This document shows, one piece after another, positions 1 to 10,600 of a stretch of DNA of 41,585 bases. The notes under the pieces are model-generated. The model ran no database searches and was not told the origin of the DNA. It saw only the letters and a list, made by a program, of their open reading frames with translations. The position numbers and the translations under genes were made by a program. Position 1 is the first letter of the stretch. The number at the start of each line of letters is the position of its first letter. The stretch lies in the sequence record SRR20825010_1536. The stretch is one strand, 5' to 3'.

Positions 1-87
1 ATTTTAAGTTTGAAATATCCAGAAAAAAGTAGTTTCTTTGCAGACCGAATTAAAGCGGTAGAAAAGATACAACAAGAAAATAATTAA
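1..87 (+). CDS. 3' end of conserved hypothetical protein upstream of secG (partial)
   Basis: Frame 1 reads ILSLKYPEKSSFFADRIKAVEKIQQENN* with TAA at 85-87. The L.YPEKS.(Y/F)FA tail resembles the Bacteroidota gene that I recall preceding secG. Confidence 0.7.
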   Translation: MLSLKYPEKSSFFADRIKAVEKIQQENN

Positions 88-90
88 ATA

Positions 91-459
91 ATGAATACAA
101 CATTTACAATATTCTTGGTCCTGATCATCTTAGTTTGCATCCTATTGATGCTCGTAATTATGGTGCAAAACCCTAAAGGTGGCGGATTGTCCTCATCCTT
201 TGGCGGAAGCGGCAACCAAGTTGTTGGAGGAGTAAAGAAAACAGGCGACTTTTTGGATAAGAGTACTTGGACATTGGCAACCATATTGGTTGTCCTAATT
301 TTACTTTCCAATGTAGCAATAAAGGGAAGCTTCAGTGATTCCGATTCGAAATTGCTTAACGGCGACCCTATTGAAACTACTGCGCCGGATGCTTTACCAG
401 AAACACCAATAACTGCCCCTGCCACTAATGGTACAAATACTACTGACAGTGCCCAGTAA
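91..459 (+). CDS. secG: Preprotein translocase subunit SecG
   Basis: Two TM segments, VQNPKGGGLSSSFGG loop, FLDKSTW motif, low-complexity tail. Confidence 0.95.
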   Translation: MNTTFTIFLVLIILVCILLMLVIMVQNPKGGGLSSSFGGSGNQVVGGVKKTGDFLDKSTWTLATILVVLILLSNVAIKGSFSDSDSKLLNGDPIETTAPDALPETPITAPATNGTNTTDSAQ

Positions 460-484
460 GAAGAAAAAACAAATATAAAATATA

Positions 485-519
485 AAAAATGCCAGCTTAA
501 GTGACAAGCTGGCATTTTT
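485..519 (+). terminator. Intrinsic terminator-like hairpin after secG
   Basis: Perfect 14-bp inverted repeat AAAAATGCCAGCTT (485-498) / AAGCTGGCATTTTT (506-519), 7-nt loop. Confidence 0.7.
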
Positions 520-547
520 GTTTAACAAAGTGTCAGTTTTAAGGTAA

Positions 548-562
548 TGGCATAATTTCTGC
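548..562 (+). promoter_or_regulatory. Putative sigma54 (-24/-12) promoter for groES-groEL
   Basis: TGGCATAATTTCTGC gives GG(549-550)-N10-GC(561-562), about 40 nt before the groES ATG; close to TGGCAC-N5-TTGC. Confidence 0.55.
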
Positions 563-601
563 CTACAATAATCAAACTTAAAAACATAAAATCTAAATAA
601 T

Positions 602-880
602 ATGGCTAAAGTTAGCATTAAACCATTAGCAGATAGAGTTCTAGTAGAACCTATGGCTGCCGAAACAAAGACTGCATCTGGTCTTTACATCCCTGATACC
701 GCAAAGGAAAAGCCGCAAAAAGGCAAGGTAGTTGCCGTTGGACCTGGTACTAAAGATGAAAAAGTGACCGTTAAAGTTGGCGATACGGTGCTATACGGTA
801 AGTATGCCGGTACTGAGCTTAAGCTTGAAGGTACCGAATATCTTATGATGCGCGAGAGCGACATATTAGCAATTATATAA
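602..880 (+). CDS. groES: Co-chaperonin GroES
   Basis: [32 protein letters not shown]. Confidence 0.99.
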   Translation: MAKVSIKPLADRVLVEPMAAETKTASGLYIPDTAKEKPQKGKVVAVGPGTKDEKVTVKVGDTVLYGKYAGTELKLEGTEYLMMRESDILAII

Positions 881-982
881 TATTGCTCTTGTTCCCTGAA
901 TGCTGGGAATAATTCCAAACAACAAACTAAAGAGTATAACTAATTTCATTCCTTTTTACTTAGGAATGATAAATGAAATTAA

Positions 983-2614
<1,632 letters not shown>

Positions 2615-2634
2615 ATTTTAAAATTTACGTCCAT

Positions 2635-2678
2635 AAAAAAAACCGCATTTGGAATACCAAATGCGGTTTTTTCTTTTT
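2635..2678. terminator. Bidirectional intrinsic terminator between groEL and the HMA gene
   Basis: A-tract, CCGCATTTGG-AATA-CCAAATGCGG, T-tract, between convergent genes. Confidence 0.9.
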
Positions 2679-2707
2679 AGTAGGATCTTACAAACAACTT
2701 ACTTTTT

Positions 2708-3064
2708 TTAATGATGCTGCCCATCATCGGTATTGTCCTCACGATACTTGCAACAAGGGTGCACTCTTTCATAAGCCTCTTCGGTAGCCTTTAACTCCTT
2801 GGTATCATGACCTACCCCAACTATTGCGGTTTTTATTTCCATTGAATTCGTTTTTCGCTCATCGATTATCAATGACAATTGATGTGTAGGAATATCCCAT
2901 AAGGCATATTTAACCCCTTTTACAGCCAAGGCCGCTTCCTCGATTCTCTCCTTGCACATAGCACATTTTCCATTGACCTCGAAACTCATCTTCTTGTTTT
3001 TCTCTTGTCCATAGCCCGATAAGGTAAACAAGGCAAAAACGGCTCCTAAAATTATATTTCTCAT
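2708..3064 (-). CDS. Exported heavy-metal-associated (HMA/MerP-like) protein
   Basis: Signal peptide, V.GKCAMCKERIE (CxxC HMA motif), C-terminal HPCCKYR. Confidence 0.85.
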   Translation of the reverse strand: MRNIILGAVFALFTLSGYGQEKNKKMSFEVNGKCAMCKERIEEAALAVKGVKYALWDIPTHQLSLIIDERKTNSMEIKTAIVGVGHDTKELKATEEAYERVHPCCKYREDNTDDGQHH

Positions 3065-3104
3065 ATCTCTACTTTTTAAGTTGAATAGTTGATTTTAAAT
3101 AAAA

Positions 3105-5327
3105 CTATAATTTATACCTGAATCCGGTATAAAACATCCTGCCCATTATGGGCGCATATATTATGCTGGTATCAAAATTGGTACCAAAAGGGTCATCGGC
3201 ACCTACCACAGGGTTATCCTGCATAAAATTAGTCAAATTTTCCCCTCCCAGATATATTTCAAATTTGTTGTTAAATACTTTGGTGATCTGTGCGTTCATT
3301 AAACTATAGGATGGCGAATACTCCATGGAACTATTCTCAATATATGGCAAACGCTGCCTACCCAGGGTATGAACCGTATAATCCATACGCCATTGGGACC
3401 CGTTTTCTTTAGGAACTGTCATATACCCAAGATTGGCAAAAAATCGATGTTGGGCCTGTAAAGGTTTTTGCAGGGCGCCGCTTATGTAATCGGTTTCCAC
3501 ATCATAAAATTTATACGCCGTCCTTAATTCTAAATTCTTTAAAGCCTCATAATTTATTTCAAATTGAAAGCTTTTGGCCAAACTCTTTCCCTCCAGATTA
3601 TAAAACGACACTTCCAAAGGATTCTCCCAATCCACCACCACTTGATTTTTAAAGTTGGTAACGTAATAATCCAATGTTACGTTTCCTGTTCTACCGAACA
3701 AATTAAATCCCTGTATATAACTGGCACCGTAATTCCACGCATCTTCGGGATCCAACCCATAAATATTGCCATTATCCCCAAGAACGCTTATCTGCCTTGC
3801 GGAGGCAAATAATTGTTGGTTTTCAGCAAAGATGTTGGCCGCCCGTTTTCCGCGGCCAAAAGACCCCCTGAAGCTCCCTCTATCCCATGGCATATAGCGC
3901 AGGTGCAATCTGGGCGTAACAAAAGTGCCTAAATTATTGTGGTTGTCCACCCTTATGCCCGCAGTTAAGCTCAATTCTTTTAAATTGTCATAACTATATT
4001 CAAAAAAGGCTCCAATAGATTTATCCACCCTAGAATAATCTTGAGTATTCACCATTTCCCCATAGCCATCATAGGCAAAGGTAAGGCCTGTTTTAAATTT
4101 GCTCTTGGTATCTCCAATTATGGAATTGAACAGTAAGTTGGAGTAGACACTTTCGTGATCGATATTATATTCATTAAAACCAAAATAAGAATCCTGTTTA
4201 TGGATATTATAGGCCGTTTGAAAACCAAAGCTCTGAAAGGGTAGCTCTGGAAAAACATAACCCAATTTCAACGAAGTATCAAACCTTCTGGTATTTATTT
4301 CACCTCCCCATGAATTGGTAGTGAATTTGTCAGTGCCGGGCACAAAATTTGTCTGCCCCACCTGTTTTTCATCATTCAAAAAACGAAGGTTGATAAAACT
4401 AACCCAACCTGTACTTGGGTTTTGGTATTGCCACCTATTCAAAACATTAATTTGATTGCCCAAGGGCGCGTCTAAAAACCCATCCCCATTACCATCTTCC
4501 TTGGCATCCCTTCGGTTGCCATGGAGATAAAGCCCTGTACTCCAGTTATCGGTCAACTGCTTGTTCAAATGGGTATTTAACTCTAACCTGCCATTTAAAT
4601 TGGCATACCCGTTAACAAATACAGCCTTATCCGTTAAGGGTTTTACCAATTCCGTATTTATCTGACCAGAAATACTTTCGTAGCCATTGACCACACTGCC
4701 CGCCCCCTTAGTTATCTGAATACTCTCTACCCAAGTTCCAGGAGTAAAGGTAAGTCCATAGGCCTGGGAGGCACCCCGTACCATTGGGATATTCTCTTGG
4801 GTAATCAATAAATAAGGACTGGTAAGTCCCAACATCTGTATTTGCTTGGTACCGGTCAAGGCATCAGAAAAGTTAACATCTATGGCCGGATTGGTTTCAA
4901 AGCTCTCGGAGAGATTGCAGCAGGCCGCTTTTAGTAATTCGGCACTATTAATGGTAACCACATTCTGTGGGCTAAAGTAGGATTTCTGTACGGCATCCCG
5001 CTTTTTTTGAACCACCACCTCGTTTAAGGCATTGGAGGGTTTTAGCCAGTGATTTACCGTTTTAGGGGAATCAATGAACAAGGTGTCCGACTCAAATCCC
5101 ACATAGCTGATGACCAGTTGGTTATTCTCCTTTTTGAATGGAATTACAAAGCTCCCGTCCGTCTTGGTAATGGTACCTGTCTGGGAATTCAACCAGTAAA
5201 CATTGGCTCCCGCTAGACCCAGGCGCCTATTTTCAGGATTGTCCTCCATGACCATACCCTCAATATTGTTCTGGGAGATGGCCAATAATGGAAGCCATAA
5301 AAACATACTTACAAAAAAATTCTTCAC
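3105..5327 (-). CDS. TonB-dependent receptor with N-terminal carboxypeptidase-regulatory-like domain
   Basis: GTG start, signal peptide, GTITKTDGSF/ISYVGF N-domain, LNEVVV, plug ESIQITKGAGSV, C-terminal GENLTN...GRMFYTGFRYKL. Confidence 0.9.
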   Translation of the reverse strand: MKNFFVSMFLWLPLLAISQNNIEGMVMEDNPENRRLGLAGANVYWLNSQTGTITKTDGSFVIPFKKENNQLVISYVGFESDTLFIDSPKTVNHWLKPSNALNEVVVQKKRDAVQKSYFSPQNVVTINSAELLKAACCNLSESFETNPAIDVNFSDALTGTKQIQMLGLTSPYLLITQENIPMVRGASQAYGLTFTPGTWVESIQITKGAGSVVNGYESISGQINTELVKPLTDKAVFVNGYANLNGRLELNTHLNKQLTDNWSTGLYLHGNRRDAKEDGNGDGFLDAPLGNQINVLNRWQYQNPSTGWVSFINLRFLNDEKQVGQTNFVPGTDKFTTNSWGGEINTRRFDTSLKLGYVFPELPFQSFGFQTAYNIHKQDSYFGFNEYNIDHESVYSNLLFNSIIGDTKSKFKTGLTFAYDGYGEMVNTQDYSRVDKSIGAFFEYSYDNLKELSLTAGIRVDNHNNLGTFVTPRLHLRYMPWDRGSFRGSFGRGKRAANIFAENQQLFASARQISVLGDNGNIYGLDPEDAWNYGASYIQGFNLFGRTGNVTLDYYVTNFKNQVVVDWENPLEVSFYNLEGKSLAKSFQFEINYEALKNLELRTAYKFYDVETDYISGALQKPLQAQHRFFANLGYMTVPKENGSQWRMDYTVHTLGRQRLPYIENSSMEYSPSYSLMNAQITKVFNNKFEIYLGGENLTNFMQDNPVVGADDPFGTNFDTSIIYAPIMGRMFYTGFRYKL

Positions 5328-5425
5328 TTGATATATTTTAATATTAGTAGATAATTGAAGTCAAAAAACCATCGAATTCTCCAATTACACAAAATGGAAA
5401 ACCGAGGTCACTACCAATAAAAAAA

Positions 5426-5842
5426 TCAAATGAGAAAAACTTGGTCCAAGACATGGATATCTTTTACCAGTATGGGCGGTGGGTAATCGGCATGGGGAAC
5501 ATATCGCTGCTCCCTTGGCTGAAATAAGTTTAAATAATAGGAAGTAATGGCCACCAATAAATACTGTTGGCCCAAACTAAGGTCATCATAGGAAATACTT
5601 AATTCGTCCTGTCCCTGAACCGAAATAATTTCATCACTACAGCAACTATTGGAATCTTTATTAAGGGCTACATTATCTTTTGACAAAGGCCTTTCCATTC
5701 CGCATGTGTCCGCTTCATGAAAGAAAGCAATATCAACCAAGGAGCCAAAGCAAAAATGCTTCTCCACGGTCCAGGAAACGGTGGAGACCAGCATAAAAAA
5801 TGCCATTAACAGGGCCAATATTTTATGGATCATTACTTTCAT
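5426..5842 (-). CDS. HYC_CC_PP-type Cys/His-rich protein
   Basis: N-terminal hydrophobic helix, then HFC, CGM, SCCSDE and YPPP motifs. Start placed at ATG 5842 because the upstream ORF extension is a promoter element. Confidence 0.75.
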   Translation of the reverse strand: MKVMIHKILALLMAFFMLVSTVSWTVEKHFCFGSLVDIAFFHEADTCGMERPLSKDNVALNKDSNSCCSDEIISVQGQDELSISYDDLSLGQQYLLVAITSYYLNLFQPREQRYVPHADYPPPILVKDIHVLDQVFLI

Positions 5843-5847
5843 CAAGG

Positions 5848-5855
5848 CAAAAATA
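5848..5855 (-). promoter_or_regulatory. Bacteroidota -7 promoter element for the HYC_CC_PP/TBDR/HMA operon
   Basis: TATTTTTG on the minus strand (TAnnTTTG), ending 5 nt before ATG 5842. Confidence 0.65.
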
Positions 5856-5981
5856 ATCAAAAGTTACAACTCTATATTTTCCTTCTACGACATTAACTAA
5901 AATTTAGGGCAAAAATTGTCCAGATCAACAACAGATCATAAGTTTCAATAGGTTAAGGTCCAAAGGATTTATAAATAGCCC

Positions 5982-5989
5982 TATTTTTG
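5982..5989 (+). promoter_or_regulatory. Bacteroidota -7 promoter element for the GAF gene
   Basis: TATTTTTG ending 14 nt before ATG 6004. Confidence 0.6.
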
Positions 5990-6003
5990 CAAAAAATTAT
6001 CAC

Positions 6004-6456
6004 ATGCTTAGCACACTAAGACCAAAAGTTTCGGGAATTATAAACAGTACCCAAAATAGTACAACCGAAAAAATGCAGGCCATTTGCGAATTGTTAAAAG
6101 AGAATGTCCCCCATTACGATTGGGTGGGTTTCTATTTCAGAAACGGGGATAAGGAAGAGCTTAAATTGGGTCCATATGCCGGGGAACCTACAGACCACAC
6201 CATAATTCCTTTTGGCAAAGGAATTTGCGGACAGGTAGTGGTCTCCAACCAAAACTTTGTAGTTCCGGATGTAAAGGCCCAGGACAACTATATAGCATGC
6301 AGTATAACCGTTAAGGCGGAAATAGTAATTCCGCTATTTTTAAACGGTGTAAATATTGGCCAAATCGACATAGATTCCAACACTCCGGACCCATTTTCCG
6401 AAGAGGACGAGCGCTTTTTGGAATTCGTAAACCAAGAGGTGTCAAAAATTCTTTAA
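6004..6456 (+). CDS. Stand-alone GAF protein, probable free methionine-R-sulfoxide reductase (MsrC/YebR-like)
   Basis: DWVGFY, LGPY.G, GKGICG, YIACS and IDIDS match the fRMsr signature. Confidence 0.75.
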   Translation: MLSTLRPKVSGIINSTQNSTTEKMQAICELLKENVPHYDWVGFYFRNGDKEELKLGPYAGEPTDHTIIPFGKGICGQVVVSNQNFVVPDVKAQDNYIACSITVKAEIVIPLFLNGVNIGQIDIDSNTPDPFSEEDERFLEFVNQEVSKIL

Positions 6457-6507
6457 AACTTTAGGGCGATTGTTAATAAACGTGCTGATTTTTAAGCACA
6501 AAAAAAT

Positions 6508-6515
6508 TACTTTTG
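6508..6515 (+). promoter_or_regulatory. Bacteroidota -7 promoter element for purH
   Basis: TACTTTTG ending 34 nt before ATG 6550. Confidence 0.6.
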
Positions 6516-6549
6516 TGTCCTTATAATCCATAACAACAATCACAACAAA

Positions 6550-8082
6550 ATGAGTACCACTAAAAAAGCTTCCTCAGCCTTAATATCTGTTTTTCATAAA
6601 GATGGACTAGAACCATTGGTAAAAAAGTTTAATGAATTGGGAATTACCATCTATTCTACAGGCGGCACCGAAACATTCATTAAGGATTTAGGAATTGATG
6701 TAGTACCCGTGGAAGACGTTACAAGCTATCCGTCCATATTGGGCGGTAGGGTTAAAACATTGCACCCAAAGGTATTTGGTGGTATTTTGAACCGTCAGGA
6801 CAATAAAAGTGATCAGGAGCAATTGAAGGAATTTGAAATTCCCCAATTGGATATAGTCATTGTAGATCTTTATCCTTTTGAAAAAACTGTTGCCAGTGGA
6901 GCTTCAGAACAAGATATTATTGAAAAAATAGATATAGGTGGTATCTCTTTAATACGTGCGGCCGCCAAGAATTACAAGGATACACTCTGCGTTTCCTCTA
7001 TGAACGATTATGACGAAGTTCTGGAAATGATTACCAAAGGAAATGGCAGCACCACTTTGGAAGACCGCAGACGTTTTGCTACAAAATCTTTCAATGTGTC
7101 ATCACATTACGATTCTGCCATCTTTAACTATTTCAATAAGAACCATGAAGAGGCCGCGTTTAAATTAAGTGAAACTAACGGACAGGTGTTGCGCTATGGA
7201 GAAAATCCCCATCAAAAAGGATTTTTCTTTGGTGATTTCGATGCAATGTTCAACAAACTTCACGGAAAGGAACTTTCCTATAACAATTTATTGGATGTGG
7301 ATGCCGCGGTTAACCTTATCCAGGAATTCAAGAACGATGCCCCCACCTTCGCCATATTAAAACACAATAATGCCTGTGGTCTTGCAACCAGGCCTACAAT
7401 TCATCAGGCCTATGTTGATGCCTTGGCAGGGGATCCTGTTTCTGCTTTTGGCGGAATATTGATCAGCAACGTTGAAATAGACAAACCAACGGCCGAAGAA
7501 ATACACAATCTATTTTGCGAAGTGGTAATTGCCCCTAGCTACACCCCAGTGGCCCTGGACATCTTAAAAGGCAAGAAAAATAGAATCATTTTGGTACAGA
7601 ATGAAGTTGACCTTCCGAAAATGACGGTTAGAACTTGTTTGAATGGAGTTTTAGTTCAGGAAAAAGATGAAAAGACCGATAAAATTTCCGACCTTACCAA
7701 TGCTACCAATAAAAAACCTACAGATAGGGAACTGGAAGATCTAATCTTTGCTTCAAAATTGTGTAAACACACCAAAAGTAACACCATTGTTCTTGCTAAA
7801 AACAAACAGTTGTGCGCCAGTGGAACAGGCCAAACTTCTCGTGTAGATGCCCTAAACCAAGCTATCCACAAAGCCCAGTCCTTCAATTTTGATCTAAATG
7901 GAGCGGTATTGGCCAGTGATGCCTTCTTTCCTTTTCCGGATTGTGTAGAAATTGCGCATAAAAGTGGAGTAACCAGCGTTATACAGCCTGGAGGTTCCAT
8001 CAAGGATCAACTTAGTATCGATTATTGTAATGAAAATGGAATTGCAATGGTAATGACTGGCACACGTCATTTTAAACATTAA
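6550..8082 (+). CDS. purH: Bifunctional AICAR transformylase / IMP cyclohydrolase
   Basis: GGRVKTLHP, IDIGG, LRYGENPHQ, KHNNACG, ASDAFFPF, TGTRHFKH. Confidence 0.98.
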   Translation: MSTTKKASSALISVFHKDGLEPLVKKFNELGITIYSTGGTETFIKDLGIDVVPVEDVTSYPSILGGRVKTLHPKVFGGILNRQDNKSDQEQLKEFEIPQLDIVIVDLYPFEKTVASGASEQDIIEKIDIGGISLIRAAAKNYKDTLCVSSMNDYDEVLEMITKGNGSTTLEDRRRFATKSFNVSSHYDSAIFNYFNKNHEEAAFKLSETNGQVLRYGENPHQKGFFFGDFDAMFNKLHGKELSYNNLLDVDAAVNLIQEFKNDAPTFAILKHNNACGLATRPTIHQAYVDALAGDPVSAFGGILISNVEIDKPTAEEIHNLFCEVVIAPSYTPVALDILKGKKNRIILVQNEVDLPKMTVRTCLNGVLVQEKDEKTDKISDLTNATNKKPTDRELEDLIFASKLCKHTKSNTIVLAKNKQLCASGTGQTSRVDALNQAIHKAQSFNFDLNGAVLASDAFFPFPDCVEIAHKSGVTSVIQPGGSIKDQLSIDYCNENGIAMVMTGTRHFKH

Positions 8083-8137
8083 TTTTATTACTTTTAACGA
8101 TCAAACTGACATTTAAACCGAAATATAACAACATATA

Positions 8138-9166
8138 ATGGGATTCTTTGATTTCTTAACCGAGGAGATTGCAATAGACTTAGGTACTGCCAACACCCTC
8201 ATCATTCACAACGACAAAGTGGTGGTAGACAGTCCATCTATTGTAGCCAGGGACAGAATAAGTGGCAAAATCATTGCCGTTGGCAAGGAAGCCAATATGA
8301 TGCAAGGAAAGACCCATGAAAATATAAAGACCATACGTCCCTTAAAGGATGGGGTTATTGCCGATTTTGATGCCTCTGAAAAGATGATCAATATGTTCAT
8401 CAAGAATATCCCGGCACTAAAGAAAAAGTGGTTTCCACCGGCCTTGAGAATGGTTATCTGCATCCCTTCGGGAATTACAGAGGTTGAAATGCGTGCCGTT
8501 AAGGAATCCGCTGAACGTGTTAACGGAAAAGAGGTCTACCTTATTCATGAGCCTATGGCAGCTGCCATAGGTATCGGCTTGGATATAATGCAACCCAAAG
8601 GGAACATGATCGTTGATATAGGGGGTGGTACAACTGAAATTGCAGTAATTGCCCTGGGCGGAATTGTTTGCGACAAATCGGTGAAGATTGCAGGAGACGT
8701 TTTCACAAACGACATTATCTATTACATGCGTACGCAACATAACCTTTATGTTGGGGAAAGTACAGCAGAGAACATAAAAATTACCATTGGTTCGGCTACC
8801 GAAGATCTACAGACCCCTCCGGACGAAATGTCCGTTCAAGGAAGGGATCTACTAACCGGTAAACCAAAACAAGTATCCATATCATACCGGGAAATAGCCA
8901 AGGCCTTGGATAAATCCATACTAAGGGTAGAAGATGCCGTTATGGAAACCCTATCTCAAACCCCTCCGGAACTGGCAGCGGATATCTATAATACAGGTAT
9001 TTATTTGGCCGGTGGCGGGTCCATGTTAAGGGGACTTGACAGGCGTTTGTCCCAAAAAACCGATCTACCGGTATATATAGCCGAAGATCCACTTAGGGCA
9101 GTAGTAAGGGGTACCGGTATTGCTTTAAAAAACTTGGAGCGATATAAGAGTATTTTAATTAAATAG
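8138..9166 (+). CDS. mreB: Rod shape-determining protein MreB
   Basis: IAIDLGTANT, RPLKDGVIADF, EPMAAAIG, DIGGGTTE. Confidence 0.98.
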   Translation: MGFFDFLTEEIAIDLGTANTLIIHNDKVVVDSPSIVARDRISGKIIAVGKEANMMQGKTHENIKTIRPLKDGVIADFDASEKMINMFIKNIPALKKKWFPPALRMVICIPSGITEVEMRAVKESAERVNGKEVYLIHEPMAAAIGIGLDIMQPKGNMIVDIGGGTTEIAVIALGGIVCDKSVKIAGDVFTNDIIYYMRTQHNLYVGESTAENIKITIGSATEDLQTPPDEMSVQGRDLLTGKPKQVSISYREIAKALDKSILRVEDAVMETLSQTPPELAADIYNTGIYLAGGGSMLRGLDRRLSQKTDLPVYIAEDPLRAVVRGTGIALKNLERYKSILIK

Positions 9167-9233
9167 TTTATTTACCCCCCTACAATCAGCACTACCTTTT
9201 TAAAAGGTTACGAATAGCAAACAGGCTTTAATT

Positions 9234-9264
9234 CCTTATTGGGCAGTTGCCCAAATAAGGTTTT
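9234..9264 (+). terminator. Hairpin with U-tract between mreB and mreC
   Basis: CCTTATTGGGC-AGTT-GCCCA(A)ATAAGG (one bulge) followed by TTTT. Confidence 0.5.
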
Positions 9265-9282
9265 ACAAAACAATTTAAGTGA

Positions 9283-10104
9283 ATGCGGCAGATTATCAAC
9301 TTTATATTAAGATATAAAAATTTCTTGCTCTATCTTTTCTTGTTGATCATATCCTTGGCGCTTACCGTACAATCCCATTCCTATCACCGTTCCAAATACT
9401 TTAATTCCTCGAACTGGTTAACAGGCAATATTTATGAGACCACAAGCAATATAACCACATATTTTGGCCTAGGAGAGGAGAATAAAAAATTAGTAGAGGA
9501 AAATAAGCGATTGCGGAAGCTTCTTTTTAACCAAAAAAAGGAAGATTCCATGCAATTGGACACGACCAATATTACTTACAGAGTGGTAGCTTCCCAAGTA
9601 ATAAAGAACAGTTATAGCCTGCCAAGAAACTATATTACGATCAAGAAAGGAAGTGCAGATGGGATAAAACCCGATATGGGCGTAATAACCGCCAATGGGA
9701 TCTTTGGAATAGTAGAAAATACGTCTAAAAATTTTGCCACGGTACAGAGTATTTTGAATACCAAATCCAGGATCAACGCAAAAATTAAGAACACCAACCA
9801 TTACGGTTCATTGGTTTGGGATACCAAGGACTATAACACCGTACAACTTGCCGACGTTGAAAGATTGGTACCTGTAAAAATTGGGGACACCATAGTTACG
9901 GGTGCCAGTTCCAGCATCTTCCCGGAAAACATACCTATAGGAGTCATCAAGAATTTTGATCTCAACAATTCACAAAGCTCATATAGTATAGACATTAAGC
10001 TCTTTAACAACATGGCCGCAGTTAGGAGCATTTACATCATAGAAAACGTTCAAAGGGAGGAAATAATAGAATTAGAAGCCAAGACCAATAATGATTCGCA
10101 ATAG
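9283..10104 (+). CDS. mreC: Rod shape-determining protein MreC
   Basis: N-terminal TM, coiled coil EENKKLVEENKRL, KGSADGIKPDMGV, GDTIVTG..SIFP.NIPIG; follows mreB. Confidence 0.95.
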   Translation: MRQIINFILRYKNFLLYLFLLIISLALTVQSHSYHRSKYFNSSNWLTGNIYETTSNITTYFGLGEENKKLVEENKRLRKLLFNQKKEDSMQLDTTNITYRVVASQVIKNSYSLPRNYITIKKGSADGIKPDMGVITANGIFGIVENTSKNFATVQSILNTKSRINAKIKNTNHYGSLVWDTKDYNTVQLADVERLVPVKIGDTIVTGASSSIFPENIPIGVIKNFDLNNSQSSYSIDIKLFNNMAAVRSIYIIENVQREEIIELEAKTNNDSQ

Positions 10105-10600
10105 CTACTTTATTAACATAATTAGATTTGTACTATTAATTTTGGTACAGGTATTGGTTTTTAATAAGCTCAATTTTTTTGGATATATAAACCCTATGGT
10201 GTATATTCTATTTCTCTATTGGTATCCTATTAAGGAAAAAAGACAATTGTTCCTACTGTTAAGTTTTCTCCTGGGTTTCTTAATAGATTTATTTTCGGAC
10301 ACCGTTGCCATTCATGCAGCAGCCACCGTTACCATTGCCTATTTAAGACCAACCATAATGCGCTTTTGTTTTGGGGTAAATTACGAATTTCAAAATTTTA
10401 AACTAACCAACACAACTAGGGCACAACAAATTACATTTTTAACGTTATTAATTATAATACACCATTTAGTTTTCTTTACCCTGGAAATTTTCAGTTTTGA
10501 AAATACACTGTTAATTTTGAGGAAAGTATTGGCTATCAGTATTGCCACCTTAATATTGTGTTTACTATTAAATTCACTTTTTAGTGTTAAAAAAGAATGA
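10091..10600 (+). CDS. mreD: Rod shape-determining protein MreD
   Basis: Multi-TM protein with LGFLIDLF, between mreC and mrdA. Confidence 0.9.
   Translation: MIRNSYFINIIRFVLLILVQVLVFNKLNFFGYINPMVYILFLYWYPIKEKRQLFLLLSFLLGFLIDLFSDTVAIHAAATVTIAYLRPTIMRFCFGVNYEFQNFKLTNTTRAQQITFLTLLIIIHHLVFFTLEIFSFENTLLILRKVLAISIATLILCLLLNSLFSVKKE

Noticed and set aside
460-601. CIRCE/HrcA operator before groES
   Set aside because: No TTAGCACTC-N9-GAGTGCTAA; the inverted repeat present has a different sequence.
6457-6549. ZTP (pfl) riboswitch before purH
   Set aside because: The spacer is 93 nt and AT-rich, and the -7 element leaves a leader of under 30 nt.
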